Origin: Thermoplasmata archaeon
GTDB lineage: Archaea; Thermoplasmatota; Thermoplasmata; GCA-020350865
Assembly: GCA_020348445.1 (NCBI GenBank)
Contig: CP070751.1
Coordinates: 767,216 to 831,215 of the forward strand
Length of the DNA stretch: 64,000 bases
Direction of reading: 5' to 3'
Part shown: positions 40,384-50,955 of the stretch, in pieces
Position numbering within the stretch: position 1 is the first letter of the stretch
How the letters are laid out: each line of letters opens with the position of its first letter
Program-made: the position numbers and the translations under genes
The notes under the pieces: model-generated
Told to the model about the DNA's origin: nothing
The model's database searches: none
The model's input: the letters and a program-made list of their open reading frames with translations, nothing else

Positions 40384-41709
40384 ATGTTGGACATTCCTGA
40401 AGGAACCAAAATCGGAAAGGCCATGAAAGGTGGAGAGAACACTCTTGAGATGGTAATGGACCTTTTGAGAAAGAAGACCTTCAGCGGGTATGTCATGGTT
40501 AAACTGGAGAAGGGAGGAGAGAACATAACCTCCTATATGATCATCAAGGATTCAAAACCAGAGCTTGGTGTTAGAGAGGTCATAAAAAAGGGTAAGAAGG
40601 ACGCAAAGAAACTTGTTAGAAAGGTGTATGCTGGTGAGAATACAATCAATGATGTAAAGGAGGATTCCCAGGAAGAAAATGCATCCATCGAGGTGCATTC
40701 GGGCATGGATATCGATGACATAATTGACAGGTACGGCAAGCAGAAAAAGGAAAGAACAGAAGGCGAGGAAGAAAGAAAGGATACAAGGAGAATCGGATTG
40801 TTTTGGGGAGGAAAGGCAGCTGAGGAAAACATGGAAAGAGAGATTCTTTCTGAGAAGTTGAATGATTGGGAAACAGAAGGATACGATGTATCCGAGCTTA
40901 AGAAGATATTGTCCGCAGATCTAACAGAAGTTAAAGCCGCATTCGAAAAATTTGAAGAGGAAATATCTACCCTGGAAGAAATGAAATCAGAACTTGATTT
41001 CTTATCCTTGGCAGGCTTTGAGAAGGAGGTTGCGGGCCTAAAGGAGAAATTGAAGGATCCCAGCCAGATACCGAATATAAGGGCCGAAATCGAGGCTTTG
41101 CAAAAAAGAAAAGACGAGATCAAAGGAGAGGTGGAGAAAAAACTCTGTCCAGTCTGTGGCGACCTGTTAAATTCGGATGGAAAGTGCCCGAAATGCAGTA
41201 CCCGTATCGTTAAAAAAGAAGAAAAGGAGGAAAAGCCAAAGGGCATGGAGCCTCAAAGCGGGCACTGCTATATAATAGAAGAGGAGAAGCTAAGAAGAAG
41301 CCTGGGGCTGTTTAAGGATACCTTGAATAGAGGATACATAGGTTTCTGCATTACAAGGACCAATCCCAAGCATTTGAAGATACTTAGGGATCTTAAGGAC
41401 GCCACCATAATATGGCTCACCGACAAGGAAAGCACCACAGGTCCAACTATCCCACCCATCCTCGAAAGAATCATCTATGAAATAGGTGATTTCCTGAAGA
41501 AAGAAGAGCAGGCGTGCGTAATTCTCGATGGTATAGAATATCTTGTGAGCAACAACAGTTTTGACGCAGTGCTGAGATTTATCAGGAGAATCATTGATGA
41601 TGTATCGGATAGCAAAAGTATCCTATTGGTGGCTGTGGGCCCACACACCCTAAAAGAGCAGGAATTAAAGATCCTAGAGAGAGAGATGGAAAAGATCACC
41701 TTTGACTAG
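40384..41709 (+). CDS. Multidomain DUF835 protein with coiled-coil and Zn ribbon
   Basis: CPVCG...CPKC; C-terminal GFCITRTNP..L, WLT, ILDGIEYLV.NN.F..V and LKILERE. ATG 40384 (ORF track starts at 40351). Confidence 0.8.
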   Translation: MLDIPEGTKIGKAMKGGENTLEMVMDLLRKKTFSGYVMVKLEKGGENITSYMIIKDSKPELGVREVIKKGKKDAKKLVRKVYAGENTINDVKEDSQEENASIEVHSGMDIDDIIDRYGKQKKERTEGEEERKDTRRIGLFWGGKAAEENMEREILSEKLNDWETEGYDVSELKKILSADLTEVKAAFEKFEEEISTLEEMKSELDFLSLAGFEKEVAGLKEKLKDPSQIPNIRAEIEALQKRKDEIKGEVEKKLCPVCGDLLNSDGKCPKCSTRIVKKEEKEEKPKGMEPQSGHCYIIEEEKLRRSLGLFKDTLNRGYIGFCITRTNPKHLKILRDLKDATIIWLTDKESTTGPTIPPILERIIYEIGDFLKKEEQACVILDGIEYLVSNNSFDAVLRFIRRIIDDVSDSKSILLVAVGPHTLKEQELKILEREMEKITFD

Positions 41710-41736
41710 AATCCAAAAACGTCTAAAACACATTCA

Positions 41737-43359
41737 TCACATGTATTGGGCCATCTCAGATTGATACTGTTTTATCGCATCAAGGGCATCGAGATAATTA
41801 TTGAGTTTCAAGGCGGTACTGGCCTCCTTGAGGAGTTTGATGCTCGGCCTGATGTCCACTCCCTGCATTTTCGCCTTGTAAAGCACAGGTTTAGAATTGG
41901 ATATAATATCGGCCAGCTGCTTTGGTAATTCCCTTAGGAAGTCCTCTTTGGCATCTGAGAGCAATTCTTCGGCTCTGTTCAGCTCGTTCTTTTTTATGGC
42001 GACCCTTGCCTGCGTCAAAAGCGCTTTGGCTCCCTTGACATTGACTCTAACCTGTTCTCCGCTCTTGATCAGCTCGATTAGGGCTTTCAGTTTTTCAGCA
42101 ACATCCTTCCCTTTCTCAGTCTGCTCCTTCTTTTTAATTGCGGATTTTAATTTTGTTACAGATTTTTCAGTTTCTTCTGCGGCACTTCTAGCAAGCTGAA
42201 CTGCTTCGACGAATGAACCCTCTTTAACCAGTGATTCCACCTTGACCACCATATCTTCAAGCTGTCTCACGTCTCCACCCGCTTTATTTAGAGCATTGAT
42301 TTTCACTTGGGTGGTTTGCACCGAATCTAGAACATGCTGGTTAATCACCTTCTCTATGGTCTTTTTGCTCTCCTTAACCAGTGTGATAGCCCTCTTAAAA
42401 TCTCTTTTCTTGCCCGCGGTAATGGCCTGATCTATCAGTTTTCTCCCCTCAAATACATTTATCTCAAATTGTCTTGCGGTAGCCAGAAGGGGTTTTACCT
42501 CTGAAACACAAGTTGTTAATTCTCTATGCAGGGATCTATCGTCCCTGGCTGGCGCGGCAGTAGGTTTCTCTAAAGCGGCCTGAGCTGGTTGCGCTTCTTC
42601 CCTTTCCATTATTCTTTCTTTTTTCCTTTTTATACCCAGTTTGAACCTTTTCTTTTCCTTTAATGCGGGAGCCTCTTCTTCCCTTTCCTCGATAACTGAT
42701 GGTCGTGCTGGTTCAACCGTCGCTTTTGTTGGAGCTTCTTCCACATAAGCTTCCTGTCCTACCCCTGCCTGGGACCCCATTGATGGTGTTTCTTCTACAG
42801 GTGTGGTCTCCTGTGCGTAAGCCACCTCCCCTTCTGGCGTTGGTGCTGCTCTATCATCTACACCTTCAGCCTGCTCCACCCCTGCCTCCTCTTGGGCCTC
42901 TGAAGCGGCTTCCCCCTCTTCCTCCCCAGCGAAAATTGCTCCGCAACCTGTGCAGGATTTCGCATCCTCACTGACAAGGGTGTTGCATAAAGGACATTCA
43001 AACATCACGGTTCCTGTCGCAGGAGCCTCCCCGCCTTCTTCCACTGCTTCTGATCCTGTTGTCTCTTGCACTTCTCCCTCTGGTGATGAACCCGTTTTAT
43101 CCACGGCAGCCATGATCTCCTCGAAAAGTTCATGTTCTTTTTTTTCGTCCTTCTCTCCTATTTTTCCCAGCAACTTCTCCAACGATTCCTCATATTCAGG
43201 TATATCTACATCTTGAATATCCTCATCACCAGTTTTAACCCCAAAAACAGTTAAATCTGCCTTACATTCGGGACATTTTTTTGCATCGCTGTCCACAGGA
43301 GAATCGCATATGGGACAAAGCGCGCTCTTTTTTGTCTCGTCCTCAGGCAAAACCTGCAC
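41737..43359 (-). CDS. Double zinc-ribbon protein with acidic linker and helical repeat C-terminus
   Basis: CPIC...CPEC and CPLC...CTGC; E/A-rich linker. Confidence 0.75.
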   Translation of the reverse strand: MQVLPEDETKKSALCPICDSPVDSDAKKCPECKADLTVFGVKTGDEDIQDVDIPEYEESLEKLLGKIGEKDEKKEHELFEEIMAAVDKTGSSPEGEVQETTGSEAVEEGGEAPATGTVMFECPLCNTLVSEDAKSCTGCGAIFAGEEEGEAASEAQEEAGVEQAEGVDDRAAPTPEGEVAYAQETTPVEETPSMGSQAGVGQEAYVEEAPTKATVEPARPSVIEEREEEAPALKEKKRFKLGIKRKKERIMEREEAQPAQAALEKPTAAPARDDRSLHRELTTCVSEVKPLLATARQFEINVFEGRKLIDQAITAGKKRDFKRAITLVKESKKTIEKVINQHVLDSVQTTQVKINALNKAGGDVRQLEDMVVKVESLVKEGSFVEAVQLARSAAEETEKSVTKLKSAIKKKEQTEKGKDVAEKLKALIELIKSGEQVRVNVKGAKALLTQARVAIKKNELNRAEELLSDAKEDFLRELPKQLADIISNSKPVLYKAKMQGVDIRPSIKLLKEASTALKLNNYLDALDAIKQYQSEMAQYM

Positions 43360-43548
43360 CTCTTTTTTTCATACAGATAGGGCATCAGCTATAGGGATGC
43401 TTCCGATTTTGATACCATTTATGGGTAATGTAGATTAAAGCAACCTATTATATTTTTCTATTATGAAACCCAAGAAGGTAATATAGCCTTGTATCAATAA
43501 AGTTTTTGGGTCATAATTTTAAATTTTACAGGATTTTATTCACTGGCC

Positions 43549-44454
43549 TTATGGTAGCTCTATCTCGTATTCTAAAAAGTCCGCAGCAACAAAGGAGTAT
43601 TTAAAAATTCTTCTGGCCTCGTTTTCAAGTATTAGGCCGTCTTCATATCTAGGACTGATATGGGTTAAAAAGAGCACCTTTGCATTCGATTGGGATGCGA
43701 CAGTTGCAGCTTGTGCTGCCGTGGAATGGCCATATTTATGAGCCTTCTCATCTAAATCCTTGCTCAAAGTAGCATCATGAATTAATACATCACAATTCCT
43801 AGCAAGCTCGATTACAGCAGAGCTCGGTCTAGTATCACCAGAGTATACGATCTTCCTTCCCTTTCGAGGTGGGCCCATTACATCCTCGGGTTTAATTATT
43901 CTATCCCCCACTTGTACAGTCTGATCATTTTGGAGCTCTCTAAATTGAGGCCCCTCTGGTACACCTAGGGTTATTGCCTTTTCAGGATGAAACTTGCCTT
44001 TGCGTTGATGCTCCTTCACACAAAATGCAAGTCCTGGGATGTCATGGTCTGTGACTCTAACTTGTATGTCATATTTATCCAGTGTTACCTGATCGCTATC
44101 ATTCAGATCATGAGTCGATATTTTGAAGGTGGGATTGAAGTATCCCAAGGATAGAATCCCTTTTACTATGTGTGTCGTGCCCGAAGGACCATAAATGTTC
44201 AAGTCCCGGGTCCTATCATTTAGATACATGCTCTGAATAAGTCCAGGTAGTCCTAGAAAATGATCGCCATGAAAGTGGGATATGAGTATCTTGTCAACAT
44301 GCATGAAATTCAGGCTGGATACGATCAATTGTCGCTGTGTGCCCTCTGCACAGTCGAAGAGAATTATCTCGCCGTTCATCTTCAACGCAACAGAAGAGAG
44401 ATTTCTCTCTTTCGATGGCCAACTCCCACCAGAACCAAGGAATACCAGTTTCAT
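43549..44454 (-). CDS. rnz: Ribonuclease Z
   Basis: FLGSGG..P, FDCAEGTQRQ, SHFHGDH, YSGDT, HDAT, HST and THISPRY. Confidence 0.96.
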   Translation of the reverse strand: MKLVFLGSGGSWPSKERNLSSVALKMNGEIILFDCAEGTQRQLIVSSLNFMHVDKILISHFHGDHFLGLPGLIQSMYLNDRTRDLNIYGPSGTTHIVKGILSLGYFNPTFKISTHDLNDSDQVTLDKYDIQVRVTDHDIPGLAFCVKEHQRKGKFHPEKAITLGVPEGPQFRELQNDQTVQVGDRIIKPEDVMGPPRKGRKIVYSGDTRPSSAVIELARNCDVLIHDATLSKDLDEKAHKYGHSTAAQAATVASQSNAKVLFLTHISPRYEDGLILENEARRIFKYSFVAADFLEYEIELP

Positions 44455-44501
44455 GTTTGGCTAATATTTATTTTATGGTATATGCTTTTTGATGGCAAGG
44501 A

Positions 44502-44912
44502 TTACCTCTTTTCATAGATAGATTGGGATTTTCCTCTCTTTTTACAGAGCCTGCACTGGTAGTACCACCTCACATTGGATAGCCGAACCTTTACCATGAG
44601 ATGGCCGTACTTGCCGCACAGACCATCGCCCTTAAATCTTCTGGGCTCCCCTGATATTTCTTGGGTCTTGGTACCTTCCTCTTCCCTCTTCTTTATAAAT
44701 TCCAAATACCAAAGGGAATTTTTAACATTTTCAGATCGGGATAATTCCCTTTCTGCTGCGCTCCATGTGCCCTGTTCGAATAGTCTTTTAACCCTCGCAA
44801 GCAGTTTCTTTGCTTCATCTAAATCTTTTACCCCCTTGCTCTCGGAGTATAAGATAGAATCTTCAAGAAGGGATATCTCTTCCCTTAATTTGTCCCCCCT
44901 TTTTATAGCCAT
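44502..44912 (-). CDS. Hypothetical protein with possible C-terminal Zn finger
   Basis: 136-aa ORF between co-oriented genes; C..Y.H...C..C tail. Confidence 0.55.
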   Translation of the reverse strand: MAIKRGDKLREEISLLEDSILYSESKGVKDLDEAKKLLARVKRLFEQGTWSAAERELSRSENVKNSLWYLEFIKKREEEGTKTQEISGEPRRFKGDGLCGKYGHLMVKVRLSNVRWYYQCRLCKKRGKSQSIYEKR

Positions 44913-44953
44913 TTATACCACTTGATCCCAGTAATATAATCACAATTCAATTA

Positions 44954-46624
44954 TCAAACATAAATAATGTAAATATCTGAGCCGTCTCCCCCTGTTGAGT
45001 AGACAACATCTTTCTCTTTTAAGGTTGTTTCGAAGACATTTTCTGATATTTTTACGGGCTCCATGGGCGACATCTGGGCTCCTGCGCCAGTCCACTTGTC
45101 TTCCACAAATAGCAACGTGCCATTTTCAAGAGGTCTGCTGTACTTCAGTAGCCAGGGCAAGGTTTTATCGGTGTCTAAATCAAAATATGGACCCATGATG
45201 TCATTCAATCTCTCATCTGTGCTTATATGATGGTCTGCACCGTTTTGACTTATCCATTTCATGGCCTCAAACTCGTGTTCATAGGTGGCGTCTTGAACCC
45301 CATAGAATTCCTGACCGTTGTACGCCAAAGGTACAGTGCTGAGACATAATGCTAAAAAGGCAACTGAAAATGTTACTTTAAGTTTAAGCTGGTGTTTTTC
45401 AATGTTACCTCCACCTGTTAGCCTCTTTACCGACTTGTTGATCAGGTACCCTGCCCCTATACCCGCACAAATAGCTAGACCGAAATCGATGTAATCATAG
45501 CTTCTGTAAACCAGTATAAATGTAAAGGCATCAAATCCTTTCAGCATTGCAAAGGTTATCACAAGAAATGGAGCAAGGGTTATGGAGACTATAAAGGGTT
45601 TATGCTCTGTTTTTCTTGTGGCTATAATGTTTAATCCCATAAAACCCAATAAACATAAAATCAGGTATGGAATAAGATATACCAAAAGCGATGTTGTGGT
45701 CCGTATCGTGCCTATAAAAATCGTTTCATTATGATTTGCCAACAATAAAGCGATCCCGGCAATTAAAAATATCAATGGTTTGTTGAACAAAATTTTGCTC
45801 TTTTTTTTTCTTTTCTTTGGTACGGAAAAAGAGATACACAATATAATTCCGAGTATAAAAACAGAGGCGAATAATGCGATATCATTTAAGCTTGATACCT
45901 TCTTGTAAAATGTCAAATCTATTAATTCATAGTAGAGAACCGCGAATATGAATATGAAAGGACCTGTTAGCACATCCAATATAAAACGTTTGAATTGAAA
46001 GGCTCCTTGATACCAATGCAATCCATGAATTGTGAACACTAGAAGGGAAATCATGACAAAAGAAATCCAGATAGTGAGATGATGTGTCAGGGCCAAAATT
46101 ATAAAGATAACAGCGGCTAAGGCCCTTTTTTTGGGATCGTCACGACCATAAAATAGATAAACACCCAGTATTAAGAGGACTATGGCTACGGTTTCCTTCA
46201 TGACAGCCGCGCCAAGATATACGTAGAAACCATTTAAGGCCAGGGCAAGCCCTGCAAAAAATGAAACCAGCTCGTTTCCCGTGATCCTATAAGCGATGAG
46301 GTACAATATCACGATGGCAATGGACGATATGAACGGAATCACATATTGAGTTACTTCAATTGGTGTCCTGCCAAAAATCAATGCAAATTCAGAAATAAGT
46401 AAGGATATCACTGGCATTTTGGCATTGTATTTTATAAAATCAGAAGTATCATCAGAATAGGAATTCGACCAATGGCCTGAATCTATTATATCCTCAGATA
46501 TTCTGATAAGAGGAAAACCATCTATATTGAATGGAAGACTCGAATAAAGTAAAGGTACAAACCTCACTGCCAAGCCGATGATAAAAAGTGCGGATATTGC
46601 GAGAAAATGCCGATTCAGTCTCAT
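44954..46624 (-). CDS. Multi-pass membrane protein, possibly GT-C fold
   Basis: About 13 TM helices, DG in the first luminal loop and a soluble C-terminal domain; in an operon with the ABC permeases. Confidence 0.65.
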   Translation of the reverse strand: MRLNRHFLAISALFIIGLAVRFVPLLYSSLPFNIDGFPLIRISEDIIDSGHWSNSYSDDTSDFIKYNAKMPVISLLISEFALIFGRTPIEVTQYVIPFISSIAIVILYLIAYRITGNELVSFFAGLALALNGFYVYLGAAVMKETVAIVLLILGVYLFYGRDDPKKRALAAVIFIILALTHHLTIWISFVMISLLVFTIHGLHWYQGAFQFKRFILDVLTGPFIFIFAVLYYELIDLTFYKKVSSLNDIALFASVFILGIILCISFSVPKKRKKKSKILFNKPLIFLIAGIALLLANHNETIFIGTIRTTTSLLVYLIPYLILCLLGFMGLNIIATRKTEHKPFIVSITLAPFLVITFAMLKGFDAFTFILVYRSYDYIDFGLAICAGIGAGYLINKSVKRLTGGGNIEKHQLKLKVTFSVAFLALCLSTVPLAYNGQEFYGVQDATYEHEFEAMKWISQNGADHHISTDERLNDIMGPYFDLDTDKTLPWLLKYSRPLENGTLLFVEDKWTGAGAQMSPMEPVKISENVFETTLKEKDVVYSTGGDGSDIYIIYV

Positions 46625-46627
46625 GTC

Positions 46628-47872
46628 TCAAACACCTATTGCCTCTGCCAAAGTCTCTGCTTCGGCAACTTCCTCCTTGTCTTCGATCTCCCGCATTAAC
46701 TTGCTGGGCCTCTCTGTCAGTATTATCGAACTTACAAAAAGGCCGGATGTGCACCCTATTATTATCGCTATAAAGAACGTAATTATGAAAAGAAAAAGCT
46801 CTATTGTGGGTTGTATCGTTACACCAAAAGCCACGATGAGACCCATATTATTTACAATCTCGGCTGAAATGAATCCTATTACAACACCAATTCCCGAGGC
46901 GATTATTGAAATTACAAGCAGTTCTTTTAGTAGTAAAATGTAAATCGTTTTCTTATCAGCGCCAATTGCCGCTAAGATCCCGATATCCTTCCTTCTTTCA
47001 AATACGGCCCTTGCTAGTATGGCTGTTATTCCAATAAATGTAAGTATTGCATTTAATGCTATAAAGCCAAGAACTACTATGTTAATGGTGCCTACGCCTC
47101 TTTGAACAAAAGTGCTCACAAAACTTTGATTTGACTCGCTGAATTTCTCTGGATCTGAATATTTGGCCCCCAATTCCCTGGCAATTCTTTCTTCATAAGT
47201 TTCCTCGTGATTTACTGGAACAGGTGTACCGTCTTTTTTAGTGACGATAACATTGTAATCATTCTCTGTCAAGTAGTCAATAAGTCGATTTTCATCATCA
47301 GTTTTTATTCGTATCATGAGGACATCATATTCACCTATACTCATCAGTTTTCTTGCATAGTTGAGTGATATCAATATTTGATTATCTGAGGACGTTTTAC
47401 TTGAGAATATACCGGAGACTGTCAACTCTAGTATTGCAGGCGTTGTGGACCCTGTTATTGTTACTCCATGTCCGATTTGTATTCCCAATCTTTCAGATAA
47501 TTCGTCACCGATAAGCATGAAATTATTCTCGTAGTCACCTTCTACGACGTGGGCATTTTCTATTGATAAAAACTTCTCTGGCTCCACTCCTCTAACGATT
47601 ACTGGCTCATGCCCACCATTCTTTCTGTTGATTACATAGGAGAATGCGTAAATCTCGGGACTGGCTACATCCACAATACCTTCATCCTCGAGCTCGAAGG
47701 CTAAACTGGTAAGGACAGGAGTGGTAGTATTTACCTGTGAAATTGTCACAACATTCTCACCCTTGAATATTGAGTTGGGGCTGGATTTTATACCCATGAG
47801 AATCGGAACTGATGCGCTGAAAAGCATTATACAGAGGATCATCCCGATTATATTCTTCTTATGTATAAGCAA
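46628..47872 (-). CDS. FtsX/MacB-like ABC transporter permease
   Basis: ERRKDIGILAAIGA motif; large periplasmic-type loop. Confidence 0.88.
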   Translation of the reverse strand: MLIHKKNIIGMILCIMLFSASVPILMGIKSSPNSIFKGENVVTISQVNTTTPVLTSLAFELEDEGIVDVASPEIYAFSYVINRKNGGHEPVIVRGVEPEKFLSIENAHVVEGDYENNFMLIGDELSERLGIQIGHGVTITGSTTPAILELTVSGIFSSKTSSDNQILISLNYARKLMSIGEYDVLMIRIKTDDENRLIDYLTENDYNVIVTKKDGTPVPVNHEETYEERIARELGAKYSDPEKFSESNQSFVSTFVQRGVGTINIVVLGFIALNAILTFIGITAILARAVFERRKDIGILAAIGADKKTIYILLLKELLVISIIASGIGVVIGFISAEIVNNMGLIVAFGVTIQPTIELFLFIITFFIAIIIGCTSGLFVSSIILTERPSKLMREIEDKEEVAEAETLAEAIGV

Positions 47873-48943
47873 TTAAAGCACCTCTCTTGATGTCCTGATC
47901 GTTGTTTTGGATGCTTTATATGCCGGAAGGATACCACCTATTAAACCCGCAAAAATACCAATTGCCAAGGGTAAACTGACGATATAAAGTGTAACCTGTG
48001 GTACCAAAACAGAGGAAAAGCCAAGCAATTGGCTCAATGCCACTATTGCATTTGCTGCTACTATTCCCAATGCAAGTCCCAAAACCGCCCCTACCCCACA
48101 TATAAATACCGCCTGGAATAGAAATACATAGATAACGGTTTTTGGAGAAGCGCCGAGATATTTGATTATTTTTATGTCTGGCACACGATACTGGGTCTCT
48201 ATTCTCATGATGTTATAAATAAGTATGATAATTATCACAGTGGAGGAGATTACAACTCCCCATAGATTGCCCTCTATTTGAGAAAAACCCAATTCGAAAA
48301 AGTCCACGATCCCAACTGATTGTACCGCTGTATAACCATTCTCCTTTAAATATTCTAATGCCTCAGGGTTATCCTTTGGAATGACAATAAATGAATATTT
48401 ATCTTCAAGTGTAGGATTCAGGATTCTGATGGTATCTTCTGAGGCCAAGATCCAGTTGTCTGGAAAGAATGCTGAGGTGTATGGATCGTAATCATTGGAA
48501 ACATTCAATATTATTGGTGATTGTGTAAATGCAGTTGTAATATTCAGGAATGGGACATTTTTGATCTCAAATCCGCTACCAGGTAATACTTTATCTCGTA
48601 GAATCTTACTTCCAAAATCGAAAATACTGGTTGGATCCTCTAATGCCAACACCCGTGTTTCTATACCTGTAACATTGCCCACCACCAATAAACAGGCTGC
48701 ATATCTACCCGGAATATCCTCGATAATATCAGAATCTAACTCACTTTCGCTTAAAGTGTAGCCATCGTATACGATAAGAAATCCCTTATCAAACAAAGCT
48801 GCCGTGTCTTTAGTGCCTTCATGCAATCCTGTAACCATAGACATTGTTCCTACTATGTACATTACACATAGTGCTATACCTATAATCGTCGCAAATATTC
48901 TTTTGTTTATTTTAAGGACCATCTTCGCGAGGATATTACGCAA
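47873..48943 (-). CDS. FtsX/MacB-like ABC transporter permease
   Basis: DIKIIKYLGASP and LPAYKAS C-terminal motifs. Confidence 0.85.
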   Translation of the reverse strand: MRNILAKMVLKINKRIFATIIGIALCVMYIVGTMSMVTGLHEGTKDTAALFDKGFLIVYDGYTLSESELDSDIIEDIPGRYAACLLVVGNVTGIETRVLALEDPTSIFDFGSKILRDKVLPGSGFEIKNVPFLNITTAFTQSPIILNVSNDYDPYTSAFFPDNWILASEDTIRILNPTLEDKYSFIVIPKDNPEALEYLKENGYTAVQSVGIVDFFELGFSQIEGNLWGVVISSTVIIIILIYNIMRIETQYRVPDIKIIKYLGASPKTVIYVFLFQAVFICGVGAVLGLALGIVAANAIVALSQLLGFSSVLVPQVTLYIVSLPLAIGIFAGLIGGILPAYKASKTTIRTSREVL

Positions 48944-49185
48944 TTCCTACACCCTCTAACGCCAATATTCTACATGATAACTATATGTTCATATCTACTT
49001 TTTTGTATATACGATGCCTCAATAGACAATTGCACATATAGTATTGTCGCTCCTATATGGAATTCCATTTCGTTAATATATTTTAGTTATTCATCACAAA
49101 TAAACCTTGAAATATCCCCAGTAACCACAATTATATCGGGAAAATCAATATCTATATATATTATGATTACGTATCGTAGAGGCGG

Positions 49186-49857
49186 ATGCATGCATTTACC
49201 GTCAAAATAAAGGACCTTTGGAAAACCTATGACGGTCAAAGACAGGTACTGAAGGGCGTTAACCTGACTGTTGAACCAGAGGAAACGATATTAATTCGAG
49301 GTAGGTCCGGGAGCGGAAAGACCACTTTATTGAGCATCATCGGATGCATTGATGCACCTACGAAAGGGAGTATATTCCTCAACGGTTACGATGCTGCAAA
49401 GCTGAGCCAAAAGGAATTGGCGAAAATCAGATTACACAGAATCGGCATTGTCTTCCAATCTCATAACCTGATTCATGACCTGACAGTCTTTGACAATGTT
49501 CTCTTACCTTTGAGGATAGGGAAGAGCAAGGATGGTATAAAGAGGGTTAATAGGTTGCTTGAGACTTTTGATATTCTAGAATTGGCAAACAAGAAACCCT
49601 CGGAAATCAGTGGTGGTGAGAGACAACGTGTGGCGATCGCCAGGGCTTTGGCGAACAATCCTTCGATTTTACTTGCAGATGAGCCTGCTAGCTCTCTAGA
49701 CTTGGATAACTGTAAAATAGTGACCCAAGCTTTTAAAAAGGCGAATCGAGAATTTGGAACCACAGTTATCATTGCTTCTCATGATTTGGATCTCAACAAT
49801 CATGTTCACAGAAAATATTTTTTAAAGGATGGACAGATTTTTGAAAATTCTCATTAG
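49186..49857 (+). CDS. ABC transporter ATP-binding protein (LolD/MacB-like)
   Basis: GRSGSGKTT, ISGGERQRVAIARAL, ADEP and ASHD; divergent from the permeases. Confidence 0.95.
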   Translation: MHAFTVKIKDLWKTYDGQRQVLKGVNLTVEPEETILIRGRSGSGKTTLLSIIGCIDAPTKGSIFLNGYDAAKLSQKELAKIRLHRIGIVFQSHNLIHDLTVFDNVLLPLRIGKSKDGIKRVNRLLETFDILELANKKPSEISGGERQRVAIARALANNPSILLADEPASSLDLDNCKIVTQAFKKANREFGTTVIIASHDLDLNNHVHRKYFLKDGQIFENSH

Positions 49858-49971
49858 AACCTATTATCAACTTATAGTGGATTTTTGTTATATTGTCAAT
49901 AGATGCCATGGGAAGTGTTAAGAGGAAGATGATTTATTCACCATAAAATCTTGTGAATAGGAGGTTCAAGA

Positions 49972-50850
49972 ATCAACTTAAGTAAAAAAATTACTACTAT
50001 ACTTCAGAAAACCATTGGCATTGATCTGGCTCTCGTTTTAATTTGTGCTACTCTACTCTTAATATTCGCTCTCACTCTCCCAGATGGAAATATACTAAGA
50101 GTTTTATTTGGTCTTCCATTTCTTCTTTTCTTGCCTGGCTATTCATTGGTCAGTACGTTATGGGTAAGAAAAGATGAGCTCGATGGGCTTGAAAGAACCG
50201 CCTTAAGCCTGGGTCTAAGTATCGTTATCATGCCTTTGGCAGGTCTTGGTCTCAACTACACTCCTTGGGGAATAACTCTCACATCTGTGGTTATTACTTT
50301 ATATGCTTTGATCATCATTATGGTCGGTATCGCGTGGCTGAGGAGATCGAAATTAAATTCAGAGGAGCGTTTCGTTTTAAAAATGGGATTCTTTTTTGAT
50401 CCTTTGAAAGAAATGTCCTCTACAGACAAATTAATGGCCATAATTGTTGGGATAGTCATTATTATTGGTACAGGATTGTTGTTGTATATAGGAACACATC
50501 CTCCGGTAGAACAATATACAGAACTTTATATTCTAGATGAGAATGGGGCCACTGAAAACTACCCCACACGCCTTGAGGTAAACGAGGATGCTTCGATCAT
50601 CATAGGTGTGGTATGCCATGAACATAAAAATACAACTTACAGTACCGTGGTTAGATTGGTTCCAGAGAGTGGGATGAATAGAACTCTGGCAAAATTTAAC
50701 TTTTCCCTTGATAATGAAGAAAAATGGCAAAGACCTTTCGATTTCAACGTGAGTGAGAGTGGAAGATTCATGCTTTTAATCGAGCTCTTCAAGGAGGGTA
50801 ATTCATCACCTTACGCTTCTAACCATTTATGGATTGAGGTCACAGATTAA
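49972..50850 (+). CDS. DUF1616 family membrane protein
   Basis: LRVLFGLPFLLFLPGY, ER.ALS.GLS, LNYTPWGI and YTELYIL. The frame is open from 49957, with no ATG/GTG/TTG before 50131; a start at ATC 49972 is inferred from the SD. Confidence 0.75.
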   Translation: MNLSKKITTILQKTIGIDLALVLICATLLLIFALTLPDGNILRVLFGLPFLLFLPGYSLVSTLWVRKDELDGLERTALSLGLSIVIMPLAGLGLNYTPWGITLTSVVITLYALIIIMVGIAWLRRSKLNSEERFVLKMGFFFDPLKEMSSTDKLMAIIVGIVIIIGTGLLLYIGTHPPVEQYTELYILDENGATENYPTRLEVNEDASIIIGVVCHEHKNTTYSTVVRLVPESGMNRTLAKFNFSLDNEEKWQRPFDFNVSESGRFMLLIELFKEGNSSPYASNHLWIEVTD

Positions 50851-50955
50851 ATTTGAATATCCTGTTCTAACTCAATCGATAAAGGAAGAAAAGATAATAA
50901 AGCATATGGTCATAAGGGTTTCCAATTAATAAAGTTATATTTGTAAGGTGATATC

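Noticed and set aside
40533-41246. 237-aa antisense ORF, and many similar shadow ORFs such as 910-1287, 3604-4146 and 39358-39915
   Set aside because: They lie antisense to or nested in well-supported genes, are low-complexity F/S-rich mirror translations, and show no motifs.
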